A DNA stretch of 64,000 nt from Octopus sinensis (Eukaryota): the NCBI RefSeq assembly GCF_006345805.1, contig NC_043007.1, positions 36,208,001 through 36,272,000 on the forward strand, in the 5' to 3' direction. Of this stretch, positions 39,924 to 53,240 are shown piece by piece. Positions within the stretch are counted from its first letter, which is position 1. Every line of letters starts with the position of its first letter. Under the pieces are notes generated by a model, which saw nothing but the letters and a program-made list of their open reading frames with translations, searched no databases and was not told where the DNA came from. The translations under genes were made by a program, and so were the position numbers.

Positions 39924-41465
39924 GAGGGAAAAGAATGGGGAGATTTTACTGCGCTTTTGACTTTGCGACAGAATATATTGTTTGCAAATGTTAACTACCG
40001 AACGAAAACTATATCAGCTAAGCAAAATGACTTCCCCTAAATGTATTAAAAGCATTAAAACATAACCTGATCACTATTTCAGAAAATTATCGCCGTTCTC
40101 TTTGAGCATATAAAAGACAAATTTGGCTGGAGTAAGATGAGATAAAGTAAATTTGCCGCTTCAATTCTGCAGAAAACATACTCATGCACACCAATATTTA
40201 TTCCTAGACATTAGAAAGATAAGAAATGCTAATTTTTTTTTTTTAAATGCATAAATATCTAGGTCAAATGAAAGAGGTATGGGGAAAAAATGGCACAAGG
40301 ATATATTTGTATGTATGTATGTATATATATATATATATATATATATGCGTGTGTGTATATATATATATATGTGTATATATATATATATGTATGTATATAT
40401 ATATATTTGTATTTGTATATATATATTATATATATATATATATAATTATTATATATATGCGTGTGTAAAAATCACTAATTAAATAAACGTTAAATTTTAT
40501 ATTCCTACTATTATTAATATATATATATATATATGTACATATGTATATATATCTATGCATATGTGTATATATGTATGTATATGTGTATGTATATATATAT
40601 ACCTATATATGTATATATACACACATATATTTGTATGTATGTATGTATGTATGTATGTATGTATGTATGTATGTATGTATACTAGACTTGGTTGACGCAC
40701 GAAAACAACAGCAATATCAGTTGGTTAATTAGCCACAAATACTTTGCTGGGGTAAATACCACAAGAGATAAATGCGGTGGAACAGGAACTGCCGCACCCC
40801 TATCGTGTTACTTTGTCACCCTTTGCGGAGGCCATTTCTGGAACAAACACGCATACAAGAAGACACTGAACACTAGAACTAGGGTAGGAGGAAGCAATAT
40901 ATTTAAAACAGTGCTTCTCTTTGAAGGGTAGCTGGGGCTTATAAACGGGGTAGTTCGGTCTGTATACCAGTCCGGAGCACAGAGAAGCAAGGAGGAGCTT
41001 GTGAATATCATACAGGTCTCTTCTCCAATAAAAGAGAAGAAATAAAGGAGAAAACAAAAAAAAAGGGAAAAGAAACCCTTCAAGCTGCTTTGAATTGCGA
41101 GAAGAACTGCCTCGATGGGGATGTTCCGAGAACAGTCACATTCCCCCTTGCAAAATATTTTCCTCGGAGGCCCTGGAGGCATACTCCACTCTCACTCTGG
41201 AAACGGGCTTATGAAGACTGCGAAAAATCGCAGTCACATTGTTAAGTTTAATCAAATTAAAACTATAGCAGATATGCGCACGCATGGCTGTGTGGTAAGT
41301 AGCTTGCTTACCAACCACATGCTTCCGGGTTCAGTCCCATTGCCTGGTACCCTGGGCAAGTGTCATCTACTGTAGCTTCGGGCCGACCAAAGATTTGTGA
41401 GTGGATTTGGTAGGCACGTAAACTGAAAGAAGCCCGTCGTTTGTAATATATATATATATATATAT

Positions 41466-42223
41466 CTCTTATATAAACGGCAGTTTGTCTGTGCGTGTTT
41501 TGTGTGTCTGTTTGCTGTACCCTCACCCTGACCACGGCTTTCAACCGATTCTGATGAAACTTGACACACACATAGCCCAATGTCATAATTCAAAACTAAC
41601 GCAGCGAAAATTTTGAAAAGTTGCCCCAGTTCTGAAAAAAATCGATAAATTCGACATGGGGTCGAGAATCAGAAACACAAACCACAAACTGTCTAGGGGA
41701 CGCAACTCCACCTTTTTTAACTCTCAAAAAAAATTTACCATCATTTTTTTCCATTTTTTCGCTATTTTTTGGCTATAACTCTCTAAAAATGCTTTATAGT
41801 TATTTCCCTTACAAACCTGAGCAACGCCGGGCGATACTGCTAGTATATATATAAACGGCAGTTTGTCTGTGTGTGTGTCTGTGTGTCTGTTAGGTTGTAC
41901 CCTCACCCTGACCACGGCTTTCAACCGATTCTGATGAAACTTGACACACACATAGCCCAATGTCATAATTCAAAACTAACGCAGCGAAAATTTTGAAAAG
42001 TTCCCCAGTTCTGAAAAAAATCGATAAATTCGACATGGGGTCGAGAATCAGAAACACAAACCACAGACTGTCTAGGGGACGCAACTCGACCTTTTTTAAC
42101 TCTCAAAAAAAATTTACCATCATTTTTTTCCATTTTTTTGCTATTTTTTGGCTATAACTCTCTAAAAATGCTATATAGTTATTTCCCTTACAAACCTGAG
42201 CAACGCCGGGCGATACTGCTAGT
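41466..42223 (-). mobile_element. Two tandem Helitron/Helentron-like non-autonomous elements (~375 bp each) in (TA)n
   Basis: Each ends, in the plus reading, with gagcaacgccgggcgatactgctagt and carries acacacagacaaactgccgtttatat. No TSD; embedded in TA repeats. Confidence 0.65.
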
Positions 42224-42289
42224 ATATATATATATATATAATGACTGAAACAAATAAAAGAATCCAACATCACGGTGAAGAAAGATATC

Positions 42290-42480
42290 TTTTACATATT
42301 TCAATCAATTCAGACAGCGGCCATGCTGGGGCACCGCCTTGAAGAATTTTTAGTCGAACGTATCGGCCCCAGTACTTATTTTTTAAAAGCCTGGTACTTA
42401 TTCTACCCGCCTCCTTTACCAAACCGCTAAGTTACGGGGACCAGCACCGGTTATCAAGTGGTAGTGCTGGGACAAACGAA

Positions 42481-42569
<89 letters not shown>

Positions 42570-42690
42570 CGGGCATCTTTCAGTTTCCGTGGACGAAGTC
42601 TACTACTATGCTTTTATCGGCCCGGGGCTATAGTAGAAGACACTTGCCTGAGGTGCCATGCAGTGGAACTGAACCTGGAACCATGAAACG
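42290..42690 (-). mobile_element. SINE family A (diverged)
   Basis: gaagacacttgcctgaggtgccatgcagtggaactgaacc. Confidence 0.8.
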
Positions 42691-42839
42691 GAAATCAATA
42701 TTTAGAGCGTTAATCTCACAGACATCAGAGTGAAAAGAAGAAAAATTTTCAAATTTTTATGTAATGTCATAATCACCTAAGATACTCTATGTATGCATGT
42801 ATATACACACACACGCGCGCACACATACACTCACTCACT

Positions 42840-42888
<49 letters not shown>

Positions 42889-43074
42889 CAGATTATTAGA
42901 AATGAAATTCCGATTCTCTTATGGACTAAGTTTGAGAGTCGTTAACTCTAATGTTTTATCCTGGCAATTCTTTGTTTTACAACACTGAAGAGTTACATCA
43001 TCACTTTTTGAAATGCAATTCATGGTGTCTGATTAGATTGTGAGTTGTCTCTTGTAAATCATTTATTACTCTTT

Positions 43075-43285
43075 TACTCTTTTACTCTTTTACTTGTTTC
43101 AGTCATTTGACTGCAGCCATGCTGGAGCACCGCCTTTAGTCGAGCAAATCGACCCCGGGACTTATTCTTTGTAAGCCCAGTACTTATTCTATCGGTCTCT
43201 TTTGCCGAACCGCTAACTTACGGGGACGTAAACACATCAGCATCGGTTGTCAAGCGATGTTGGGGGGACAAACACAGACACACAA

Positions 43286-43343
<58 letters not shown>

Positions 43344-43512
43344 TATATATATAACGACAGGCTTCTTTCAGTTTCTGTCTACCAAATCCACTCACAAGGC
43401 ATTAGTCGGCCCGGGGCTATAGCAGAAGACACTTGCCCAAGATGCCACGCAGTGGGACTGAACCCGGAACCATGTGGTTGGTTAGCTAGCTACTTACCAC
43501 ACAGCCACGCCT
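43075..43512 (-). mobile_element. SINE family A, full length
   Basis: Full head-to-tail match. Confidence 0.9.
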
Positions 43513-44598
43513 GGATCAAACTCATGGATCAAAAATTTGGGATGCTTATGAATATGAGTTCCGTCGCTAAACTAATGCATCCCAGACAGCTCGAAACATT
43601 AATGAGGTGTTTGGTGAAGATGTGGCGAATGAGCGCACAGAATGTTGACGGTTTAAGAAGTTCCGGTCTGGTGACTTTACTCTTGAAAATTAGCCCCGAG
43701 GTAGACCCGAGATAAGGTGGTTAATGATGAGCTGGAAACTGTAGTGGAAGCGGATACATCTCAAACTACGCGTGAGTTAGCAGCAAGGCTTGATGTTTCC
43801 ATTCCGACTGTAATTGGACTTTCTGAAACAAATTGGCAAGGTAAAGAAGCTGGACAAGTGGATATCACACGAACTGAAAAAGTATCAAAAGACACGTCGT
43901 CTTGAATCTTGCTGTTCTTTGCTGTCGTGGCATAAAAGTGAACCATTTTTTTGCATCGTATTGTTGCGTGTGATGAAAAATGAATTCATTTCAACAATAG
44001 CAAGCGTTCTGCACGGTGGTTGGAGAGAGACGAAGTGACAAAATACAATCCAAAAAGGAATATTCACCAAAAAATGTTAATGGTGTCTGTTTGGTGGTCC
44101 GGTGCTGGTGTCATCTGCTACATCTTCACGAAACCTGATAAGTCAATTACAGCGGATGAAATTATGAGTGAACTTGCAATTAAACAACTGAGATTGTTCA
44201 ATAGAGACAGACCAATTATCTTCCAAGACAATGCTCGACCACATGTTGCATAAAAAACGCAACTCAAATTACAGCAAATTAAACTTAGAAGTACTCTGTT
44301 ATCCACCATATTCACCAGACCTTGCACCAACTGACTATCACGTTTTCCAGGCATTAGACAACATTTTGCAAGGAAAAACCTACAAATCTGAAGAAGATGC
44401 AAAAACAGCCTTTTGTGATTTCATCACTTCTTGCTCTCCAGAATTCTTTGCTGCTGGCACAAATAAGCTAGCGATAAAAAGGCAAAATTGTGTTAATGAT
44501 TTAGGTGCATACTTTGATTAACTGCATTGCTTTTTGTTGAGATAAAGTAAAATAAACTTTCAGTTCAAAATCGGACATTTCATTCTTAATGACTTGAT
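43512..44598 (+). mobile_element. Decayed mariner transposon (5' end cut by SINE)
   Basis: FRSGDFTLEN, TTRELAARL, KKLDKWISHEL, LMVSVWW, FQDNARPHV, PPYSPDLAPTDYHVF, GAYFD*; probable TIR ..aaatcggacatttcattcttaatgacttga. Confidence 0.9.
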
Positions 44599-45029
44599 GT
44601 ACTTTCGTACGTACGTACGTATGTATGTACGTACGTAGGTATGTATGTATTTACGTATGTATGTATGTATGTATGTATGTATGTATGTATGTATGTATGT
44701 ATGTATGTATGTATGTATGTATGAAATTCCGGGGTGGTGTCCGGCGTGCTGAAAGACCACTAGGAGTGAGGCGCCCCTCAGCTTTTGTTAAAGCACGTTT
44801 CTAGGAGAAGGTCACTCTGATATAAAACCAGATATGCAGGGAATGGCATTAAACATTTGGGGGTCTTTGGTTTGTGCTAGAGATCACGGCGCTCCCACAT
44901 CCCTGAGCCTGCGACTCATATTGGCACCAGACATCTTGCTCCGGCTTGTCTCTGGATAATGTCAATAGAGTGGAGAGGGTCTATGAGGTGTTGTGCAAGC
45001 CTTATTGGACCTAAAACTCTGCACAGGCA

Positions 45030-45375
45030 TTGCCGACCTTTTTTTTCTTCCTATATATATCTATCTTACTTTTAGTATATATTTTCTTCATGTATGTATG
45101 TATGTATGTATGTATACGTATAATATACGGCGTAATTTATATAAATAGCTTATCACCTATGACATAATTTCTAAATATACCTATTATGTGTGTGTGCGTG
45201 CGCGTGTTTGTGTGCATGTGTGTTGATATGCAAGTGTATAAGAGTAAGATTTTGTGTGCCCCCCCCCCCACTCGTTCTTTGTCTTTTGTCTCCATTCTTT
45301 CAACTATAACACTTTAACGGGACAAAAATGTACACTCACACACACACATATAAATACGCAACGAAATTTATATAT

Positions 45376-45414
<39 letters not shown>

Positions 45415-45462
45415 TATGTATATATAGGTATTGTATATATATGTATATATATATGTATATAT

Positions 45463-45496
<34 letters not shown>

Positions 45497-46081
45497 ATAT
45501 ACATATATGTATATATATATGTATTTGTATATATAAGTATTATATATATATGTATATATATATATATTATATATATATAATATATACATATACATGCATA
45601 TACATATATATATATATATGTATATATATGTGTGTGTGTATATTTTCATACAAACATACATAGATACATACATACATTCATACATACATACATACACACA
45701 TACGTACATACATACATACATACATTCATACATACATACATACATACATACATACATACATACATACATACATACATACATACATACGTACGTACATACA
45801 TACATACATACACAGATACATACATACACATTCACCTTCTTTTTTTTAGTTTCCTAGCATGCTTATTAGTGTGCATGGGTAGGCATGAACAATTTCGAAT
45901 TCATTGGAGCTCTCGGATGGACAGTGCACGAGTGTATACGAACGCGAGTGTATATGTATACATATATGGAAAAGTTTACACAATCGCATGTTTATATACA
46001 AAGACACTAATGTGATTTATATACGTTATATACATACAGTACACACAACATATATATATACAATCATATATATATACATAA

Positions 46082-46133
<52 letters not shown>

Positions 46134-46262
46134 TATATATATATATACATATATATATACACACACACATATATATATGAACCTAATGTGATTTATATAC
46201 GTTATATACATACATGCACACACACATATATATATATACAATCATATATACATACATACATA

Positions 46263-46350
<88 letters not shown>

Positions 46351-46379
46351 CATATATATATATACATATATATATATAC

Positions 46380-46432
<53 letters not shown>

Positions 46433-46928
46433 ATATATATATATATATTATATATATTATATATATATTATATATAATATATATATATATATACACATAT
46501 ATACACACACGCATATATATATATACATACATACATATATATATATATATTGTTATGAATGGTAATGTCTCTCACTCCCACGTGACCCATTCCTTTTTTA
46601 TCTTTCTATTTACTTCCCCCTCACTCTTCTGTCTGTCTGTCTGTCTCTCTCTGTCTCTCTGTCTCTCTGTCTCTCTCTCTCTCTCTCATTCTCTGTCTTT
46701 CAGTCATTCTTTCATTAGGTACTCATATATATATATATATACGAAATACCACATACCCAAATAATATACTCGAAGTCGACGGGTGCACACATGCAAACAA
46801 AAATATACGCATACAGCGTATATACTTATGCTCACATAAATATGTATATACTTACACACGTAAGTGTATACCATATGCTGATTAATAAACTTTGTTGATC
46901 GATTGTCGTCTGCTTTATTCCATTAGTA

Positions 46929-46964
<36 letters not shown>

Positions 46965-47350
46965 TAACTATGTATATGTTTTATGTTTATATACATATAT
47001 AAAACCAGTCAAATACATACACATAGGGCCACCCAAGAATGCATATATACAAACAGCACACAGACATACACACATACACACATATATTATGTATATGAAT
47101 ATAATGTTCATGCATACCTATATGTATATATGTATGTATATGTTTATATTTATGTTTGTATGCATAAAAGCGTGTGCAAATATGCTACGTAAGCAAACAC
47201 ACATACACTTATATGTGGGTAGATACATTCATACATATATTCATTAGTTTATGCAAACAAGTTCGACACACTCACATGCTCACAAACGTACATACATACA
47301 TACATACATACATACATACATACATACATACATACATACATGCATACATA
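45030..47350. repeat. Compound (TA/TACA/CA)n microsatellite field with a short local duplication
   Basis: aatgtgatttatatacgttatatacataca occurs at ~46009 and ~46186. Confidence 0.85.
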
Positions 47351-48225
47351 CACTGTAGTACTATAGGTATCTTGGACAAGGTGACCATGTCAGATGCAAT
47401 AGATCCATAGACAAATTGTTCTCAAGAAATGAATATTTCAAGAGAACAAAGAAAGTAGCATCGCTTAGAATCCATCTACAACAAATATATTTGTCCAGAA
47501 CACTTTCTCCGTGCCTTCCGCGACACTTGTATTTTGCCTTCTGAATTGGTCACAACAAGAAACAGATATAAGAACTTGGAAACCATTCAGTGTTATTGGA
47601 ATGCGAATGTAGATTATTTATATTTCGCACACGTTTTAAAATTTGTATTAATATTTCTTTCAACTATTTTAAGGTGGCGAGCTGGCAGAATCGTTACCGC
47701 ACCGGGAAAATGTTTGGCGGCATTTCTTCTGATTTTAGCTCCGAGGTCGACTTTGCCTTTCACCTTTTCGAGGTCGCTAAATTAAGTACCAGTTACACAA
47801 TAGAACTAATGTGATAAACTTACACCGCCCCAGAAACTGTTGGCCTTGTACCAAAATCTGAAACCTTGCGACATTGAACTTGTAAACCGCAGGTAAAATT
47901 GCGTGAAAGTAAGTCAAACCTAATATATATGTTACAACGCTAAGTTACGTAACACATGTTCCGCTGTTCTTGGAAACATATGTAGTACAGATTTACCTGT
48001 TCCTTAAACCTATTAATTTATAGCCGCATAATTAACAACTTTCGCTGCTAAATCGTGAGTTGTATAGTGGCACTCATCAAAATATCCATCAAACTCGATA
48101 AGGGACGAAGTGTATAACATATGTTGATTAATAAACTTTGTTGATCGAGTGTCGTCTGTTTTATTCCATCAGCACAAGTATGTGCGTGGTGTGTGTGTAT
48201 AACTATGTATATGTTTTTTTTTATG

Positions 48226-48278
<53 letters not shown>

Positions 48279-48760
48279 ACGCACACGCACACACGCATAT
48301 ACATACACATATATATATACATATAAAGTATATATATAGCATGATGACATTATATATGTAATGCCAGATAATATGAACCCTAAATATCGTAAATGAAGTC
48401 CCAAAGTTCATTACGCACACACGTGTGTGAGTGTGTGTGTGCCTCTGTGTATGTATATGTGTGTGTGTGCGTGTGCCTGGCTGCATGAGGGCGTGTATTA
48501 GTCTTTGGCGATTGAGCTAATTTTTAGATTAATTTTATTCCATGTAAATGTATTATAAATAGAAATGATAACTGTGTAGTGTTTATGTGTGTGTGTGAGT
48601 GTAAATAAAATACGCTTGTGTGCATTGAAATACAAACATGTTTGTCTACTTCGCCGCCACAGTGTTTGTATGTTTGCTCATATTCGCGCGCGTCTGCTTT
48701 CAGCCAACCCAGCTATTTTTATTCTTACAGATCAGTATTTCTCAACCATTTTTTACCTCT

Positions 48761-49324
48761 GCCCAGTCCGCGAAATTTTTTTCCCACGATAGATCCGGAC
48801 GCCAGTAATGAACTCATTTGCATACAGCCAATCAGAGCCCACCTTGAACTTGTTGTCAAGTTAACAAACACACTCTACAAAGTAAGCTCAAAACGAAGAA
48901 CGGTGTTGTAAGTCGACCGATCGCCAAGTTATGGCTGATTTTAGAAGGGGACAAGTAATTGGATAGATTTGCATCTATACCTATTATCGGATTTTGTTAG
49001 GGGCCCCATATGGTAAAGATGTGGATGGGAAAAATGTGGGTAGAGGATGATGTGCTAGCAACCCTCTCCCCTTACTGTTTTACAAGTAAACAACAACACA
49101 AATAACTACGCAGAGGCAGCCATGGTTGAAACAAGAACAAGAACAAGCATTATCAAAAGAGAAAAAGAAGCATGGTCATTCCTTACACAAGTGACCTTAT
49201 CTTATCACCCATCACTTATGCGCCCATAAATTAGTTTGATAGTTGAGCTCTGATTGGCTGTATGCAAATGAGTTCATAACTGGGGTCCAGAACTCTCGTG
49301 GGAAAAAAATTCGTGCCCTGCCCC
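48761..49324. mobile_element. Element bounded by ~85-bp imperfect inverted repeats
   Basis: cgaaattttttcccacga..ccagtaatgaactcatttgcatacagccaatcagagc versus gctctgattggctgtatgcaaatgagttcataactgg..tcgtgggaaaaaaattcg. Confidence 0.7.
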
Positions 49325-49520
49325 TTGATTCGTATTTTATTCTAAGGGATCTTCGTAGCCATTTTATACTTCAAAAAAAGTCTTGCTATGTTTTTATAAT
49401 TAAATATTATTAGGAATTGTGTAAAAACAATTATATGGTGGTGCTATTAAGTTAGACATGGCCTGGGCCGATAATGGTCGAAACCTATCAAAGTATATAT
49501 ATATATATATATATATATAT

Positions 49521-50028
49521 ACTAGCAGTATCGCCCGGCGTTGCTCGGGTTTGTAAGGGAAATAACTATATAAGCATTTTTAGAGAGTTACTTCCCTTAT
49601 AAATTCGGGCTTTCTTAGCCATTTTTGTTTTGGTGTCTTCAAGCCATGAAGTCGTTGTTCTAAAAGAACGCTGGTTTCCTTCACAACGCATTACGACGTT
49701 GATTTCTTTACACTCCCTTCCCCACAGCTTCACGAGGGAGGGAAGGGGGAGAAGCAAACAGGTGCAGCTGTGAGCGTGGACGCCAACTCCGCCGCCATCG
49801 ACACACGATGCATTTTATGCATTAAAATGGAATAAAAAATGATGTTAAATTATTTTTAAAATCGTAGACTCATCGTAGACGCGCGCTAATAGTCAGACGG
49901 GCTCGATATGAATCACGACTATAAGATACCCGAATTTGGTTAAACTGCACCGCAAAATGTGGGAGGAGTTAGGAATCTAAATCGAAGGGGACAGACACTC
50001 ACACAACTAGAGTTTTATATATATAGAT
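49521..50028 (+). mobile_element. Helitron/Helentron-like non-autonomous element
   Basis: Starts actagcagtatcgcccggcgttgctcggg, ends agagttttatatatatagat, inserted in (TA)n. Confidence 0.7.
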
Positions 50029-50033
50029 ATATA

Positions 50034-50698
50034 GCAATAATAATTCTCTAAACGGGGTGTTACTGTTGCATTTAGCCCCAGGCGAACATCAACGTCACCA
50101 GAAAGGCTTGACACCATCACGGCGTCCTCTATCCTGCAAAGGGAGATCATCCACCGAAGAAGCGGAAGCCATATACGGACCCAGGTTTCGAGGTGTTTGC
50201 CTCTCGTCAACGTATGGTAGGCACCGCCCTTCGATGAACGAGTGACGTTGATGTTCGCCTGGGGCTAAATGCAACAGTAACACCCCCACCGCCCTGCCCT
50301 GTCCCTAGCCACATTCAAATGGCTAATGTCCCTTTTGTTATGGAGCAGTTACTGTCTATATCTCGTTTAGAGAATTATTATTGCTGTCGAACAGATTTTC
50401 GAAATCAGTAAATGTATTTACGTGAAAATCTTTATATAAATATCCTGCACAGAGAGTCGTTCATCGAAGGGCAGTGCCTACCATACGCTGACGAGAGGCA
50501 AACACCTCGAAACCTGGGTCCGTATGTGGCTTCCGCTTCTTCGGTGGATGATCTCCCTTTGCAGGATAGAGGACGCCGTGATGGTGTCAAGCCTTTCTGG
50601 TGACGTTGATGTTCGCCTGGGGCTAAATGCAACAGTAACACCCCCATCGCCCTGCTCTGTCCCTAGCCACATTCAAATGGCTAATGTCCCTTTTGTTA
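50034..50698. repeat. Fold-back cluster of inverted and direct duplications
   Basis: 50054-50241 is the reverse complement of 50457-50644; 50242-50340 is a direct copy of 50600-50698; 50034-50054 is the reverse complement of 50364-50384. Confidence 0.85.
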
Positions 50699-50763
50699 TA
50701 TATATATATATATATATATATCTGTAAATATAATAATATATGTGACTATTATTCGGTAGCCAT

Positions 50764-50825
50764 GATAAAACTCCGAGTTTCGGAAAGTCGGGGCGGAAAC
50801 CCACACCGGCATCTCTTCAGTTATC
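50764..50825 (-). ncRNA. Type I hammerhead ribozyme (mirror copy)
   Basis: GATAA-CTGAAGA-GATGCCGG...TTCC-GAAAC TCGGA GTT-TTATC. The second pair of stem II is an A.C mismatch. Confidence 0.68.
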
Positions 50826-50831
50826 GGGCCC

Positions 50832-50893
50832 GATAACTGAAGAGGTGCCGGCGTGGATTTCCGCTCCGACTTTCCGAAACTCGGAGTTTTATC
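50832..50893 (+). ncRNA. Type I hammerhead ribozyme
   Basis: GATAA-CTGAAGA-GG...CC-GAAAC TCGGA GTT-TTATC. Stem I is 5 bp, G10.1-C11.1 is present, stem III is the quasi-palindrome ACUC-G-GAGU, and the predicted cleavage is after GUU (50888). Confidence 0.75.
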
Positions 50894-51242
50894 ATGGCTA
50901 CCGAATAATAGTCACATATATTTACAGATAAATCGCTAAAGTATTAACTTTTAACCGTGATGAACTGTATTCACACATTTTTCTTGCATTTTCTTACATG
51001 CTTGTACTGATGAGTTATGTTTCATCTTCCGTGATGTTAAACATGTGTATTCTATCTGAAAGAAAAAGCATTATGTGATTAAATGTTCGAGATATGAAAT
51101 GTTACGTGGATGACCTTGTATTTGTTTGTTCTGCAACAATAGTTTATATATATTTGTCTCATTTAATTGAGCACTTCTATAGCAGTCCTATTAAACATTT
51201 TGTTCCTGATAAGAAACAATCACTGTATTATTGATATGTATC

Positions 51243-51643
51243 TATCTTTATATATATAAAAGAGAAGTTGTGTGTCTGTCTCCTACGATTTAGATTCCTA
51301 ACTACTCCCACATTTTGCGCTGCAGTTTAACCAAAACCGGGTATCTTATAGTCGTGATTCATATCGAGCCCTTCTGGGTAGTAGCGCGCGTCTATGATGA
51401 GTCTACGATTAAAAAAAAAAATTACCATCATTTTTTCCCATTTTTAACGCATTTTTTTGCAATCATATAAGGGAAGTAACTCTCTAAAAATGTATTATTA
51501 AATCTCAGAACTTAAAAAGCTACAGTAACACCCCCCTTTTGTGTTTAGCCATATTGAGATGGCTATTATACTTTACATCTCTAAAAATGCTTATATAGTT
51601 ATTTCCCTTACAAACCCGAGCAACGCCGGGCGATACTGCTAGT
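51243..51643 (-). mobile_element. Helitron/Helentron-like non-autonomous element
   Basis: Same terminal motif as 49521; shares the ctacgatttagattcctaactactcc block. Confidence 0.7.
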
Positions 51644-52299
51644 ATACATATATAATTTCAAAGTAAGGTGATTAAAATCGTGTGTGCATGTGTGTGTATT
51701 CTGAGTTCAATCCCAGGCAAGACACCAAGGTAATTCACAAAAAAAAAAAGAAAAAATGAACTGAAGTAAAATAAAAATGTCACGAAACGCAGAGAGCGGA
51801 ATGAGAACAGTGTTCTCCCATCGATCAAATAAAAGGTTAAGTTTGAAATTCCGATGCAACAACTAAGTTCAACACAAGACACCCGAAAAAGGCTTGAGCG
51901 TATAACAGCTGAAACGTAGTGGAATCAACAATGAAAATAAAGACACCAATCCGACAAATAAAAACAGTATGCATAACATACCGCCATTATTTTATGAAGG
52001 TGGAACGCGAAATAGATAGAGCTATAAATAATGGCATGTAAATATCGGGTTTTAAAAAATCTCTCGGAGAGAAATGTCAGAGGCTACCCTTGTTTTTTTT
52101 TTTTTTTTTTTTTTCCATCTAAGAATTTTTAACTCAAAAGTTATACGCTATTATTTATAACTTTATCTATTTCACGTTCCACTGAAATAAGAGAAAAAAT
52201 ATTTATTTCGCGTCTCAAAATTTCTGAATTCTTACGACATGAACAAGTCGCATTAAACCGAATCAAGCTCTCTTATGATTGTACTTGTGTACGTGTGTG

Positions 52300-52331
<32 letters not shown>

Positions 52332-52859
52332 TGCGTGCATGTGTGTGTGTATCTATGTGTGTGTGTCTTTATGTCTGTGTTTTCCACCTCCACCACCACC
52401 ACCACCGGTTGACAACCGGTGTTGGTGTGTTTATGTCCCCATAAATTAGCAGACTCGGCAAAAGAAACTGGTTGAATAAGTACTAGGCTTACGAAGAATA
52501 AGTCCTGGTGTCGATTTGTTCGACTAAAAACCCTTCAAGGCGGTGCTCCGGTATGACCGCGATCAAATGACTGAAACAAGTAAAAGAATAAAAGTATATG
52601 TATGTATGTATGTACATACGTATGTGGTGGGGAGGGTGTTTGTATCTATACGTAAGTAAACATTTGCTACTAAAAATCTTACATATTGTCTCATAGCGAT
52701 AAGATCATTTAGCTGACAATATACATTATAGATATCTGCTGCTACGCAGAATATCTGCTTACAGTACTAGCTTCATGTACATGTTATGCGCTTTCATCTG
52801 TTATTAGAAAGCCACAGATGCGCAAAATACAACCATGCGTGTATTTATACATATGGGAA

Positions 52860-53240
52860 GCACTCCGTCGGTTACGACGACGAGGGTTCCGGTTGATCCG
52901 AATCAACGGAACAGCCTGCTCGTGAAATTAACGTGTAAGTGGCTGAGCACTCCACAGACACGTGCACCCTTAACGTAGTTCTCGGGGATATTCAGCGTGA
53001 CACAGAGAGTGACAAGGCCGGCCCTTTGAAATACAGGTACAACAGAAACAGGAAGTAAGAATGAGAGAAAGTTGTGGTGAAAGAGTACAGCAGGAATCAC
53101 CACCATCCCCTGCCGGAGCCTCGTGGAGCTTTAGGTGTTTTCGCTCAATAAACACTCATTACGCCCGGTCTGGGAATCGAAACCGCGATCCTATGATCGC
53201 GAGTCCGCTGCCCTAATCACTGGGCCATTGCGCCTCCACA
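52860..53240 (-). mobile_element. SINE family C
   Basis: Reverse head ggaggcgcaatggcccagtgattagggcagcggactcgcg..ggtttcgattccc. Confidence 0.85.

Larger units (their letters stand above)
50718..50930. repeat. Spacerless palindrome centred on GGGCCC (50826-50831)
   Basis: Arms of ~100 bp differ by four transitions and one 9-bp indel. Confidence 0.95.

Noticed and set aside
40730-41260. Possible L1-like 3' remnant on the minus strand
   Set aside because: Only vague Cys/EET similarity; cannot be supported by eye.
51865-51930. ccgaaaa-aggct...agct-gaaac-gtagt hammerhead-like remnant
   Set aside because: Core CCGAAAA is mutated at essential positions, with no valid UH site or stem I.
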